From NCBI GenBank assembly GCA_027622665.1, contig JAQBYT010000002.1:224001-288000 (forward strand): a stretch of 64,000 bases of DNA, written 5' to 3'. This DNA is from Verrucomicrobiota bacterium (GTDB lineage Bacteria; Verrucomicrobiota; Verrucomicrobiia; Opitutales; Seribacteraceae). Below are positions 50,956-60,474 of the stretch, in pieces (within the stretch, counting starts at the first letter, position 1; each line of letters begins with the position of its first letter). Made by a program: the position numbers and the translations under genes. The notes under the pieces were generated by a model. The model saw only the letters and a program-made list of their open reading frames with translations, searched no databases and was not told the origin of the DNA.

Positions 50956-51311
50956 TAAGTTCTAATTTTTGAAAGTAAAGGAATTACAAGTCGTCACTCT
51001 GCTTCATTATCATATTCAAGTTTAATGATTTTCCTTTTCTTGGAAAATAAATTTCAGACTTTTTGAAATTACGGAAAGTTGATAATGAGTTTGACAATTG
51101 TGATTTCCCTCTTAGCTTAACCCTTCCTGGATTATTAATGTTAGTGAGGTAATCCCTGCGCTCTTAATTTCTTCCATGTTTTTTTTACAATTCTTATATT
51201 GGAAGCGGTCAAGGAAGTCATCTTTCTTATGTATTTCAAACACTTGTTTTGGTTTCCGGATGGCCGTGGAGGCAAAGTATGCCAGCTATAATCTTCAAAA
51301 CCTATTTTTTT

Positions 51312-52808
51312 ATGAAAAAAATCTACCCACTCTCCCTAACTAGTCTGAGTTTGCTTTGTTCTCATTTAACCTGGAGTTCGGAGTCTTGGACTATTGAATC
51401 GACCGTGGAATGGGCGGACGGTGTCGAGTCTAGCGAAGGCGTCACGATTCAAAAGGGGGTTGTTTCCCCCACCGAAAAGGCTGGTTCTCTGCGAACTAAG
51501 ATGAAGACCTTCCAGGAAAAGCGCTCGGCGAAGTCTCTCACCATCGAGCAATCGGCTCTTTGGCAAAACTGGGAAGCGAAGCCCCGGGTCGGACCTAAGA
51601 ACCTTCGGGACGCGCCCGTGTTTCTTACCATGGGCCCCGGGGACTACTGGATGTTCGGGCGTTACGGCGGTATGCCGAAGAAACGTAAGCAACCCTTTGA
51701 GGCCAAGGATGCTAAACTGGATGGGTTCGACGTCCCCTTGACAACCACCCCCATTCCTACTCAGTTCAATGCCCCCGGCGGTCTTGTCAAAGGACAAGGG
51801 GGGTACCATGCCTGGCAGAGCAAGGACATGGTACACTGGGTGCATCATGGATGCGTGACTCCCGGGTTCGCCAAATGGGTGACCACGGCCGAGCAGGTCG
51901 ACGGAAAGACCTTCATCTACTACGACTTCCCCAACGACCAGGACCCCCACCTCTTCATCGACGAAGACCTAACAGACGGCAAGCCGGGCAAGAACATGGG
52001 TATCGCCCTCAATGATCCGTCCCATGGCTCGGACTGCGCCGTAATCCGCGACCTCAAGGGCAAGTTCCATATCATCTTCGAGGACTGGAGCCCGATCAAT
52101 GCCCGCAAGCATTCATGGGATTCACCGCTCGCCGGCCATGCCGTCAGCGCGAATGGAATCAACGGATACTCCATCGTGGACCCCGCTGTGGACGAAAGGA
52201 CCAAGCCGACTGGCAAGATAGCCGAATACCTTCACCCGCATTGGGCCAAGGAGGACCCGAAAAGGTTCAAGAGCAACGTTGCGAAATACGAGGTCCACGA
52301 GCCGGTGCAAAACGCTTATGGCGACTGGGCCGCGATTTCAATTGGCGGACAATACTACCTCTTTTGCGACTTTCATCCGGCCAACAAAGGAATCCGCATC
52401 GCTTGGTTCACTTCCTCGAGCATCGACAAACCCTTCTCCTTCTGCGGGGAAATCGGCAAGGGCCATCCCGATCCCGATATCGGGTTCGCGGAGGGGCGCT
52501 TCTACTTAGTCACGCAGACTTCCAACGATTACGTCAGCCCCGGACCCTGGGTGGAGAAGGTGGAGGCACGGGTTGGCGTGGATACCAACAAGGACGGCAA
52601 GGCCGACCAGTGGACTGAGTGGCAGGAAGCGAAGGAGAGCTATGACTACGTCAAGGGCTTCTCCAAACAGGTCAGCAAAACTCCCGCCCAACTCGACCTC
52701 TCCGATTTGCCCGCCGGTTTCGGGTTCCAAGTCGAGTTGAAGTTGGCTGATACCACTGCCAATGCTTCCAAGCCCTTGGTCGAGTCCCTTGAGCTTTCCC
52801 TGGAATAG
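51312..52808 (+). CDS. Secreted putative beta-propeller glycosidase-like protein (GH43/GH32-like fold)
   Basis: Signal peptide; RDAP, YHAWQSKDMVHW, HGSD, HPDPDIGFAEGRFYL blade-like motifs; family assignment tentative. Confidence 0.6.
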   Translation: MKKIYPLSLTSLSLLCSHLTWSSESWTIESTVEWADGVESSEGVTIQKGVVSPTEKAGSLRTKMKTFQEKRSAKSLTIEQSALWQNWEAKPRVGPKNLRDAPVFLTMGPGDYWMFGRYGGMPKKRKQPFEAKDAKLDGFDVPLTTTPIPTQFNAPGGLVKGQGGYHAWQSKDMVHWVHHGCVTPGFAKWVTTAEQVDGKTFIYYDFPNDQDPHLFIDEDLTDGKPGKNMGIALNDPSHGSDCAVIRDLKGKFHIIFEDWSPINARKHSWDSPLAGHAVSANGINGYSIVDPAVDERTKPTGKIAEYLHPHWAKEDPKRFKSNVAKYEVHEPVQNAYGDWAAISIGGQYYLFCDFHPANKGIRIAWFTSSSIDKPFSFCGEIGKGHPDPDIGFAEGRFYLVTQTSNDYVSPGPWVEKVEARVGVDTNKDGKADQWTEWQEAKESYDYVKGFSKQVSKTPAQLDLSDLPAGFGFQVELKLADTTANASKPLVESLELSLE

Positions 52809-52811
52809 CGC

Positions 52812-53309
52812 ATGAAAAACATACTGCCCCTCTTCTGTCTCTTGGCGAACTCGTTGGCAGGTGCCGACAAGCCCAACGTCGGGGTGATCTATGCCGACGA
52901 TCTCGGGTATGGTGATATTCAGTGCTACAACCGGGAACGCGGAAAGATCTCCACGCCACACGTCGACAAGCTGGCTTCCCAAGGCATGCGTTTTACCGAC
53001 GCTCATTCATCGTCCGGTGTGTGCACCCCTTCGCGGTACACGATATTGACCGGGCGCTACCATTGGCGGTCACGTTTGCAGAGCGGCATCGTGAGTCTGT
53101 GGGGAGCTCCGTTGATCACGCCGGATCGATTGACCATCGGCGGGTGGGTCAAGAAGCATGGCTATCGCACGGCCTGCATCGGCAAGTGGCACTTGGGTTG
53201 GAATTGGCCGATTGCCAAGGAGAAGATGAAGTATTTCAACTTCTGCCTTTCGAAAAGCATTCTCAAAACATCAAGAAACGAAGAGCTGAGCTCAGCAAAG
53301 ACTAATTAA
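52812..53309 (+). pseudogene. Truncated sulfatase (N-terminal third only)
   Basis: KPNVGVIYADDLGYGD, CTPSRYTILTGRY, GKWHLG, then loss of similarity at ~53245; a sulfatase normally needs over 400 aa. Confidence 0.85.
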
Positions 53310-53401
53310 GCCAATGGCATCGCCGTTCGCTGTTGCCTTGTGCAAAACCGACGGGCAGTTGTACTTCATTCAAAATGGTAACGCGAATGACCCAATAAGA
53401 A

Positions 53402-54457
53402 ATGAACGACTTGAAGATAATTGTGGAACTTTCGCACGAGTTCGGCACGCCGGACTATGTGAAGGGCGGGGGAGGCAATACCTCCTTCAAGAACGAGACC
53501 ACCTTGTGGGTGAAGCCGTCGGGTACTACCTTGGCTGGCTTGAGAGAGGAGACCTTCGTGACCCTCGACCGAGCCAAGGTGAACGAACTCTACGCCGTGG
53601 AGACTCCCACCGAGTCCCACGCCCGCGAGGAACTGGTCAAGAACTTCATGGGTGAGGCGGTGCGTAACGATGCGGGTCGTCCCTCAGTGGAGGCGCCCCT
53701 GCACAATATCCTCGAGACCAAGTTCGTGGTGCATACGCACGCCCTGTTGGTCAACGGGATGACTTGCGCCAAGGATGGGGAGGCTGTCAGTAAGCGGCTT
53801 TTCCCCAATGCCCTCTGGGTCGAATACATTGATGCCGGCTATACCTTGTGCATGGAGTTGAAGGGGCGTATCGACCAATACAAGCAGGAGCGTGGGGGAA
53901 TTCCCAAGGTCATCATGCTCAAGAACCACGGAATTTTCGTTTCGGGGGACACTGCCGAGGAAATACGTTCGCTCTACGCCGGCGTGATCGATCCCTTGCG
54001 GGCCGAGTACGACTCCTTGGGCGTAAACGAGGATCTGGGGATCGACGAAACAGGGCAAGACCCGGAAACTGAATTGAAAATCCGGCAGGTCTTCGGTGAA
54101 GATGCCCAATTCATAGACTCTTCGGGATTATTCGAGTGCGTGCCCGGACCCATCACCCCCGATCATCTGGTCTATGCCAGAACTTATCCCTTTACGGACG
54201 AACTCACCCAAGGAAATGCCGATGGCTATCGGGCCAAGTACGGTTTTGCCCCCAAGGTGGTGATTCATGGCGATCGTGTATATGGACTCGGGGTTACGGA
54301 AAGGAACGCCGGACTTGCTCTTCTCTTCGCTCAGGACGCGGCACAGGTGATGAAACTGTCGCATGCCTTCGGCGGACTCGAGTACATGAGCGACCGGGCC
54401 CGCGAATTTATCGAGAACTGGGAAGTGGAGTCCTACCGCCAGGCGGTGGCCAGTTGA
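53402..54457 (+). CDS. Class II aldolase/adducin family protein (rhamnulose-1-phosphate-aldolase-like)
   Basis: GGGNTS, KPSG, RPSVEAPLH, HTH, KNHG, TPDHLVY, WEVESYR; no signal peptide. Confidence 0.85.
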   Translation: MNDLKIIVELSHEFGTPDYVKGGGGNTSFKNETTLWVKPSGTTLAGLREETFVTLDRAKVNELYAVETPTESHAREELVKNFMGEAVRNDAGRPSVEAPLHNILETKFVVHTHALLVNGMTCAKDGEAVSKRLFPNALWVEYIDAGYTLCMELKGRIDQYKQERGGIPKVIMLKNHGIFVSGDTAEEIRSLYAGVIDPLRAEYDSLGVNEDLGIDETGQDPETELKIRQVFGEDAQFIDSSGLFECVPGPITPDHLVYARTYPFTDELTQGNADGYRAKYGFAPKVVIHGDRVYGLGVTERNAGLALLFAQDAAQVMKLSHAFGGLEYMSDRAREFIENWEVESYRQAVAS

Positions 54458-54464
54458 TCGGCGC

Positions 54465-54492
54465 GCGTGGATTCAATCCACGCCATCTTTTT
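54465..54492 (+). terminator. Probable intrinsic terminator
   Basis: gcgtggat-tca-atccacgc 8-bp stem followed by a short T run, 7 nt after the aldolase stop. Confidence 0.55.
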
Positions 54493-54494
54493 AT

Positions 54495-54530
54495 TTGACC
54501 CCTTGGCTTTTCTGCGAATATAAATCGCAG
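54495..54530 (+). promoter_or_regulatory. Sigma70-like promoter with an inverted repeat over the -10
   Basis: TTGACC-N18-TATAAA; ctgcga-atataaa-tcgcag at 54512-54530; upstream of the ATG at 54538. Confidence 0.4.
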
Positions 54531-54537
54531 TGATTTC

Positions 54538-55932
54538 ATGAAGGACGCCTGCCTAAATCACCAATCACAGCAGATGTTGTCGCGTCGGCAAGTGCTGCAG
54601 GTTGGTGGCATTGGCGCCATGGGGTTGTCCTAGCCCGGGTTCTTACGGGCGGAAAAACTGCAAAAAGCGGACGGTCCCGCCAAATCCTGCATCTTCATCC
54701 ACCAGTATGGCGGACTGAGCCAACTCGACTCATGGGACATGAAACCCGATGCGCCGCAGGAAATTCGTGGACCCTACAAACCGATCAAAACGGCCACCCC
54801 AGGATTCCATATCTGCGAACTGATGCCTAATCTGGCCAAGTTGTCGGAAGAGTACGCGGTCATCCGTTCGATGACGCACACGGTTGCGGAGCACAAAAAA
54901 GCAAACTCGATGTTGCTGGCCGGCAAGGATCAACCCGCAGCGGATGACCCGTCGTTTGGAGCCATGGTCACCAAGTTGCGTCCGTCAAACACCAGTATTC
55001 CAGGCCATGTGTGGTTGCAGAAATTCGGCGGCGGCGCCGCACCGCCTGATCATACTTATCTGACCGGCGGTCATTAGGGCATGTCGTATGCCCCCATGCT
55101 GATTGGTGAGAAGCATGACGACAATCCTGCGTCACCCGATTTCCGAGTCAGTGCGTTCGATGCGAAGAATGGTTTGTCTGTCCAGCAGCAACGAAGTCGC
55201 CGAGACCTGCTGCAAGATGCTCAATCACTCTCGACCGCTGGGAACGGACCTGAGTTCGAATCATTTGAAATCCATCAGCGAAGAGCGTTTGAACTGTTGC
55301 ACGGACAAGCGGCAAAGCAAGCGTTTGAAATCGAAAAGGAAGACGAACGAGTTAGGGATCGCTACGGCAGAAACCCGCTGGGCCAGAATTTGCTGCTCGC
55401 AAGACGTTTGATCGAGGCAGGTGTGAGACTTGTCAACGTCGCTGCGTGGACGGGGTTGGCTCCTGGAGAGAAATTCGTCAGCGTGGAAACTTGGGACATG
55501 CATGGCAACGCCGACGTAGGCATTTTTGAGAACGGATGGAATGGTTTGCCTTTCGCATTGCCTCGCGCCGACCAGGCGGTCGCCACCCTCATCAAAGACC
55601 TTCGTGATCGCGGTCTGCTCGATTCAACCCTTGTCGTTCTGGTGGGTGAATTCGGTCGCACGCCCAAGATCAGCAAAGGGGCCAAACGCATCGGTCGCGA
55701 TCACTGGCCCAACTGCTATTCCGCTATGCTTGCCGGCGGGGGTGTCAGAGGCGGAAGCGTTTACGGGGAATCAGACAAACAGGCGGGATACGTTAAATCC
55801 AACCCAGTTACTCTGGAGGACTTCACCGCGACTCTTTTCGCTGCGATGAACATCAATCCGTCATCACGGTTGAGTCGGGACGGTTTTACTTTACCGGCTA
55901 GCAGTGGAAATCCAATCCAAGCACTGCTTTAG
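54538..55932 (+). pseudogene. DUF1501 family gene interrupted by two in-frame TAG codons
   Basis: Single frame from 54538: SRRQVLQVG..GLS*PG..AKSCIF..SQLDSWDMKP..GGH*G..LARRLIEAGV..WDMH..GEFGRTP..RDHW; TAG at 54631 and 55075. Confidence 0.88.
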
Positions 55933-55981
55933 GGCACAATGCGAAACAGCACCCTCAGTTGCCCTGTAACAGTTTCTCCCC

Positions 55982-58084
55982 TTAATCGATTTTTAGCAGG
56001 TCGTTGACATCCCAGGGCAAGACTCGGCCTTGGTGTTTGATTCGGATACGGGAAACATCGTCCTCCTTCACCTGGCTTTTGCCGCCCCAAGCGGTACGCA
56101 GGTAACTTAATACGTCGGCGATCTGCTGATCCTTCAGGGCTGCCCCTATGCCGGGCATGACTTCGGGGTGGCGGTAGCGGTTGCCGTTCACCTCGATTGG
56201 TCCCTGCACGCCGTGCAGGGCGATCCGAATTAGGCGTTCTTGGGAGCCTTGTACCCAGTCGGAGTCCGCCAGCGGTGGAGCTAGGTTTTCCGCTCCTTTG
56301 CCGTCGGCCAGGTGACAGGTGATGCACAACATGTTGTAGACTTGGACGCCCCGCTTGACTGATTCGCCGTGTTCGCCCTTGGGCATTTTCTTGATCTTCG
56401 GGGGACCGCCGGACTTGGCGATGATCTCACCATTCAGGCGCTTGATCATTTGGTCGCTCAGCTTGGCCACTTGTTCAAACTTGCTCTTTGTCAGAGGTTG
56501 CAGGGCGGCAATCGCCTTGTCCTGTTCCGGTGTGGCTCGCAGTCGTTCGGAGACTACTAGAGCAGTCATTTGTACCTTCTCGTGTTCATCCTCCAAGCCG
56601 TCGGAAATCGTTGCCAAGTTGAGGGAATTCATGCCTTCCAAGGCCCACAGGGCATGGACCTTGGCCAAATGGTTTTCGGTCGAGTTGATCACCTTTTGGA
56701 GGACGGGGATCGACTTTTTGTCGCGGCGCTCGACCAGCAGGCGCTGAGCGGTGTCGCGCCACCATCCGTTGGGATGTGAAAGGGTCTTTACCAGTTCCCC
56801 GACGGAGGCGCTTTGCAGCTTTGGCTGCGTCTTGCTACGCCCTTTGGCCTTGTTGACGATGCGGTAAATGCGACCCATTCCGACCGGCACCTCCAGTTTG
56901 CGTTCCAGAATGTAGGGCTTCAGGTAGAAACTGGTGACGTACACTTTGTGCTGTAGGATACCGCGATAGAGGTCGACCACGTAGATGCAGCCGTCCGGTC
57001 CGTTGTATATGCTGACGGGGCGAAAGCGCTCGTCGGTGGAGCAGAGAAACTCGCGCTTCTCGAAATCTTTGTCCGGAAAAAGTTGGTGAGTGCCTCGGCC
57101 AAGGCCTTTCTCCGTTTCCTTGAACCAGTGGCAGGTCACCGCATTGGCGGCCGGCTCGGGTATGAAGGCGGCTCCGGCATACCCTTCGGGGTAGCGGTCG
57201 GAGCGGTACACTCCAGGACCGGAAATCGCGGTGATGCGGGCGAGGCGGCCGTCCTTGCGCAGCATCTGCGGTTGGTAGCCACGGTTGATTCCTGGGTTGG
57301 GTCTGATCGAGTTGATGTCCACCGTGCCCACCGAGGGGTTGGAAAAGGCGCCGGCTGCCCCGTGATACATGTCCCAGTCGCTATTCAGGTAGCGCGAGTT
57401 GCTGGTGGAGTAGAGCCGTCCGTAATCGTCTTGGCAAATACCCCATTGGCCGCGGAAGCTCGAGTTGCCGGTGATCAGGCTACCGTCGCGGAAGATGAAG
57501 CGCTTGGAACTCTTGGCGTTGTACATCCAGTTGTCGAGGCAAGGCACGAGGCCGTTGTCGGTGTGCTCCACCGGGCCTTGGCGGGCATAGTTGCCGACCT
57601 TGGTCTTCTTGTCGCACTTTAGGTCGCCGTCGGTGTCCTGACAGTACCAGATCACGGGGGGTTCCGCCACCAGTACGCCGCCGTCCACCATGGCGATGGC
57701 CCGGGGCATGATTAGCTCGTCCAAGAAATCCGTCTTCTTGTCCGCCTTGCCGTCGTTGTCGGTGTCCTCGAGCACGACGATCTTGCCCACCTTCAACTTG
57801 TTCTCGTCGGTGCCTGCGACATCCGGCATGTAGCCGCGCATCTCGACCACCCATGCCCGACCGTCGCCGTCCCAGGCCATCGCCACGGGATCCACCACCA
57901 TGGGCTCGGCGGCAAAGAGCTGTAGCTCGAAGCCCGGGGCGATCTTGAAGGTGTCGAGGGCCTTGTCTGCTGCGATCGTGTCCGAGGGACCCAATTCCCA
58001 TTGGCGCCACTTCGGCGGGTCCGCCAATTTTTCGGCGAAGGCGTTAATGCCGACAAGAAGGGATAAGGCGGTTAAGAATTTCAT
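55982..58084 (-). CDS. PVC-type dehydrogenase-like propeller + HEAT + C-terminal cytochrome c protein
   Basis: FAAEPMVVDPVAMAWDGDGR, LEDTDNDGKAD, FRPV...GPDGCIYVVDLYRG, HPNGWWRDTAQRLLV, CITCH, MPG. Confidence 0.9.
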   Translation of the reverse strand: MKFLTALSLLVGINAFAEKLADPPKWRQWELGPSDTIAADKALDTFKIAPGFELQLFAAEPMVVDPVAMAWDGDGRAWVVEMRGYMPDVAGTDENKLKVGKIVVLEDTDNDGKADKKTDFLDELIMPRAIAMVDGGVLVAEPPVIWYCQDTDGDLKCDKKTKVGNYARQGPVEHTDNGLVPCLDNWMYNAKSSKRFIFRDGSLITGNSSFRGQWGICQDDYGRLYSTSNSRYLNSDWDMYHGAAGAFSNPSVGTVDINSIRPNPGINRGYQPQMLRKDGRLARITAISGPGVYRSDRYPEGYAGAAFIPEPAANAVTCHWFKETEKGLGRGTHQLFPDKDFEKREFLCSTDERFRPVSIYNGPDGCIYVVDLYRGILQHKVYVTSFYLKPYILERKLEVPVGMGRIYRIVNKAKGRSKTQPKLQSASVGELVKTLSHPNGWWRDTAQRLLVERRDKKSIPVLQKVINSTENHLAKVHALWALEGMNSLNLATISDGLEDEHEKVQMTALVVSERLRATPEQDKAIAALQPLTKSKFEQVAKLSDQMIKRLNGEIIAKSGGPPKIKKMPKGEHGESVKRGVQVYNMLCITCHLADGKGAENLAPPLADSDWVQGSQERLIRIALHGVQGPIEVNGNRYRHPEVMPGIGAALKDQQIADVLSYLRTAWGGKSQVKEDDVSRIRIKHQGRVLPWDVNDLLKID

Positions 58085-58210
58085 TTTTTCCTTTTGGCTA
58101 ACCTATGCAGTGGTTGCGATGCAAAAATGATGCAATTAGATCTTGTCGCCTAGCAAGCGAACATTGACCTTGCTCATTAAAGAAGCCAAACAGGAACGCC
58201 TCTTTACAAA

Positions 58211-60391
58211 ATGAAAAAGCTCCTCCCCTCCCTTTGCTTCTTGTTCACGTGCTTGGCCCAAGCGGCCAAGCAACCCAATATCGTCTTCTTTTTTGCCGAC
58301 GACCAGACCTCCAGCTCGCTCGCTTGCTACGGCCACCCCTTGGTCAAAACGCCCAATATTGATCGCCTAGCCGCGGAGGGCACGCGCTTCGCCAATGCTT
58401 TTGTCAGTCAGTCCATTTGCTGGGTCAGCCGAACTACGATATTGACCGGTCTCACGGGACGAAGCTACGGTACCCCGGGTAGGCATGACGCCGCTCGTCC
58501 CGAGATCGTTGAGGAACTCTACGTCGACCTCCTGCGCAAGGCGGGCTATCGCACCGGTTTTGCGGGAAAGTGGCACGCTAAGATGCCTAAAGGCTGGAAA
58601 GCCGCCGATCACTTCGACGTGTACCAACCGATCGGCCGCAACCCCTTTTACAAGAAGCAACCCGATGGCTCCCTGCGCCACGAGACCGAGCTGATCGTGG
58701 ACCGTGGTATCGAGTTCATCGAGAACCAGCCAAAGGACAAACCCTTTGCCCTCAATATGTGGTTCAACGCCTGTCATGCAGAGGACAGCGACCGTCGGCC
58801 GGGCATCGGGCACTTCCCGTGGCCCCGGGCGGTAGACGGTATGTACGAGGAGGACGAGATCGCACCGCCCCGACTGAACGATTCCTATATCTTCGAGAAA
58901 CAGCCCGATTTCCTCAAGACCACGATCAACCGCGAGCGCTTCTTCTGGCGTTGGAATACCGAGACCAAGTACCGTACCAACATGCGCGCCTACCTCCGCA
59001 TGGTGAGCGGCATCGACAACGCAATCGGTCGCTTCATCAAGGCCTTGGAAGCGAAGGGATTGGCCGACAACACCATCATCGTTTACACCGCCGATAACGG
59101 TTACCATCTGGGCAACCGCGGGTTCGCCGGCAAATGGTCCCACTACGAGGAATCGCTCCGCGTGCCCATGATCATCCACGACCCCCGCGCTCCCAAAGCC
59201 GCCCGCGGTCAAGTAGTGGAGCATGCCGCCCTCAACCTCGACTTGCCGTCTACCTTTCTCGACTGGGCCGGGGTCTCCGTGCCCGAGCGCTACCAGGGGC
59301 TAAGCCTCCAGCCCATCGTTTCAACCGGCAAGGCGGATGATTGGCGCAAGCAGACCTTTCACGAGCATTTCGCGGTGCGTCATCGCATCCCCGCCTTTGA
59401 GGGCCTGCGCACAGACCGCTACAAGTACGTCCGTTACGTCGACGAGGACAACTACGAGTTCCTCCATGACCTCAAGAACGATCCCGACGAATTGACCAAC
59501 CTCGCCCAAGATCCCAAGCATGGCAAGACGCTCAAGCAATTTCGCCAGCTGACGGATAAGCGGGTGGCCGAACTGGGTGGGCCTCTGTCCCCCATGAACG
59601 GTTCCTTGGGAGTTTCCACGCCTCCGCACCCCAAGGCGGCCGCCACCGTGGCCAACCGTCCGGGAGCCAACGGTTTTTCCAGTCTCCTCGGTGGCGGAAT
59701 GCGCGGTTGGTCCGGTGACTCCAAGTTTTGGTCGCTTAAGAATGGAGTCTTGACCGGGAAGGCCGACGGTACGCTCAAGATGAACCATTTCATTACCTGG
59801 AAGGTGGCCACCGTGCGCAACTTCGACCTCAAGGTGAAGGTGCGAGTCTCCGCCGGAGGCAACAGCGGTATCCAGTACCGCAGTGCCCACGCCCCCGAGT
59901 TCGGGCTCGACGTGGTGACTGGTTACCAGTGCGACGTGGTAGCCGACAAATCCCAATACAACGGTATGCTCTACGAGGAAAAGGGCCGACGTATTCTTTC
60001 TCACACGGGGGAGCAAGTTATCGTTGACCCAAAGGGTGAACGCTGGATTGTGGGAAAGTTCGAGGTCAAGGAATTCGCACCCGGCGAATGGCACGAATAC
60101 CGCATCCTGGTCGAGGGCAACCGCCACCGTCACTGGATCGACGGTCACCCCACTGCCGATCTCATCGACCTCGACGAGAAGGGCAGGGCACTCGACGGCG
60201 TGCTCGCCATGCAGGTGCACCGCGGACCACCCATGACGATCGAGTTCAAGGATATGCTCATCAAGCACCTTCCCGACGACCTCCCACTCCTTCAGGTCAA
60301 GGATCATCCCATCCCCGCCGACGCGGTCGGCGTACGCCCCCAAGGGCGGAGGCAAGGGGACTGGAAGCCGCCGGTCTATGGGGAGCGTTGA
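58211..60391 (+). CDS. Sulfatase-DUF1080 fusion protein
   Basis: QPNIVFFFADD, CWVSR, GKWH, TADNG, YEESLRVP, DLKNDPDELTNLA; then NFDLK, GNSGIQYR, GYQCD, GEWHEY, LAMQVH, FKD. Confidence 0.92.
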   Translation: MKKLLPSLCFLFTCLAQAAKQPNIVFFFADDQTSSSLACYGHPLVKTPNIDRLAAEGTRFANAFVSQSICWVSRTTILTGLTGRSYGTPGRHDAARPEIVEELYVDLLRKAGYRTGFAGKWHAKMPKGWKAADHFDVYQPIGRNPFYKKQPDGSLRHETELIVDRGIEFIENQPKDKPFALNMWFNACHAEDSDRRPGIGHFPWPRAVDGMYEEDEIAPPRLNDSYIFEKQPDFLKTTINRERFFWRWNTETKYRTNMRAYLRMVSGIDNAIGRFIKALEAKGLADNTIIVYTADNGYHLGNRGFAGKWSHYEESLRVPMIIHDPRAPKAARGQVVEHAALNLDLPSTFLDWAGVSVPERYQGLSLQPIVSTGKADDWRKQTFHEHFAVRHRIPAFEGLRTDRYKYVRYVDEDNYEFLHDLKNDPDELTNLAQDPKHGKTLKQFRQLTDKRVAELGGPLSPMNGSLGVSTPPHPKAAATVANRPGANGFSSLLGGGMRGWSGDSKFWSLKNGVLTGKADGTLKMNHFITWKVATVRNFDLKVKVRVSAGGNSGIQYRSAHAPEFGLDVVTGYQCDVVADKSQYNGMLYEEKGRRILSHTGEQVIVDPKGERWIVGKFEVKEFAPGEWHEYRILVEGNRHRHWIDGHPTADLIDLDEKGRALDGVLAMQVHRGPPMTIEFKDMLIKHLPDDLPLLQVKDHPIPADAVGVRPQGRRQGDWKPPVYGER

Positions 60392-60474
60392 GGGTGAAGC
60401 GCTGGAGCGGTTGACTTCAACTTTTCAATCAATAACTCTCATTTTCCGTCATTGTACTGGAAAGAACGACTCAA

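Noticed and set aside
54631..55077. Pyrrolysine or genome-wide TAG reassignment
   Set aside because: TAG is the natural stop of many intact genes here (e.g. 16572, 22874, 41084, 52808) and no pyl genes are seen
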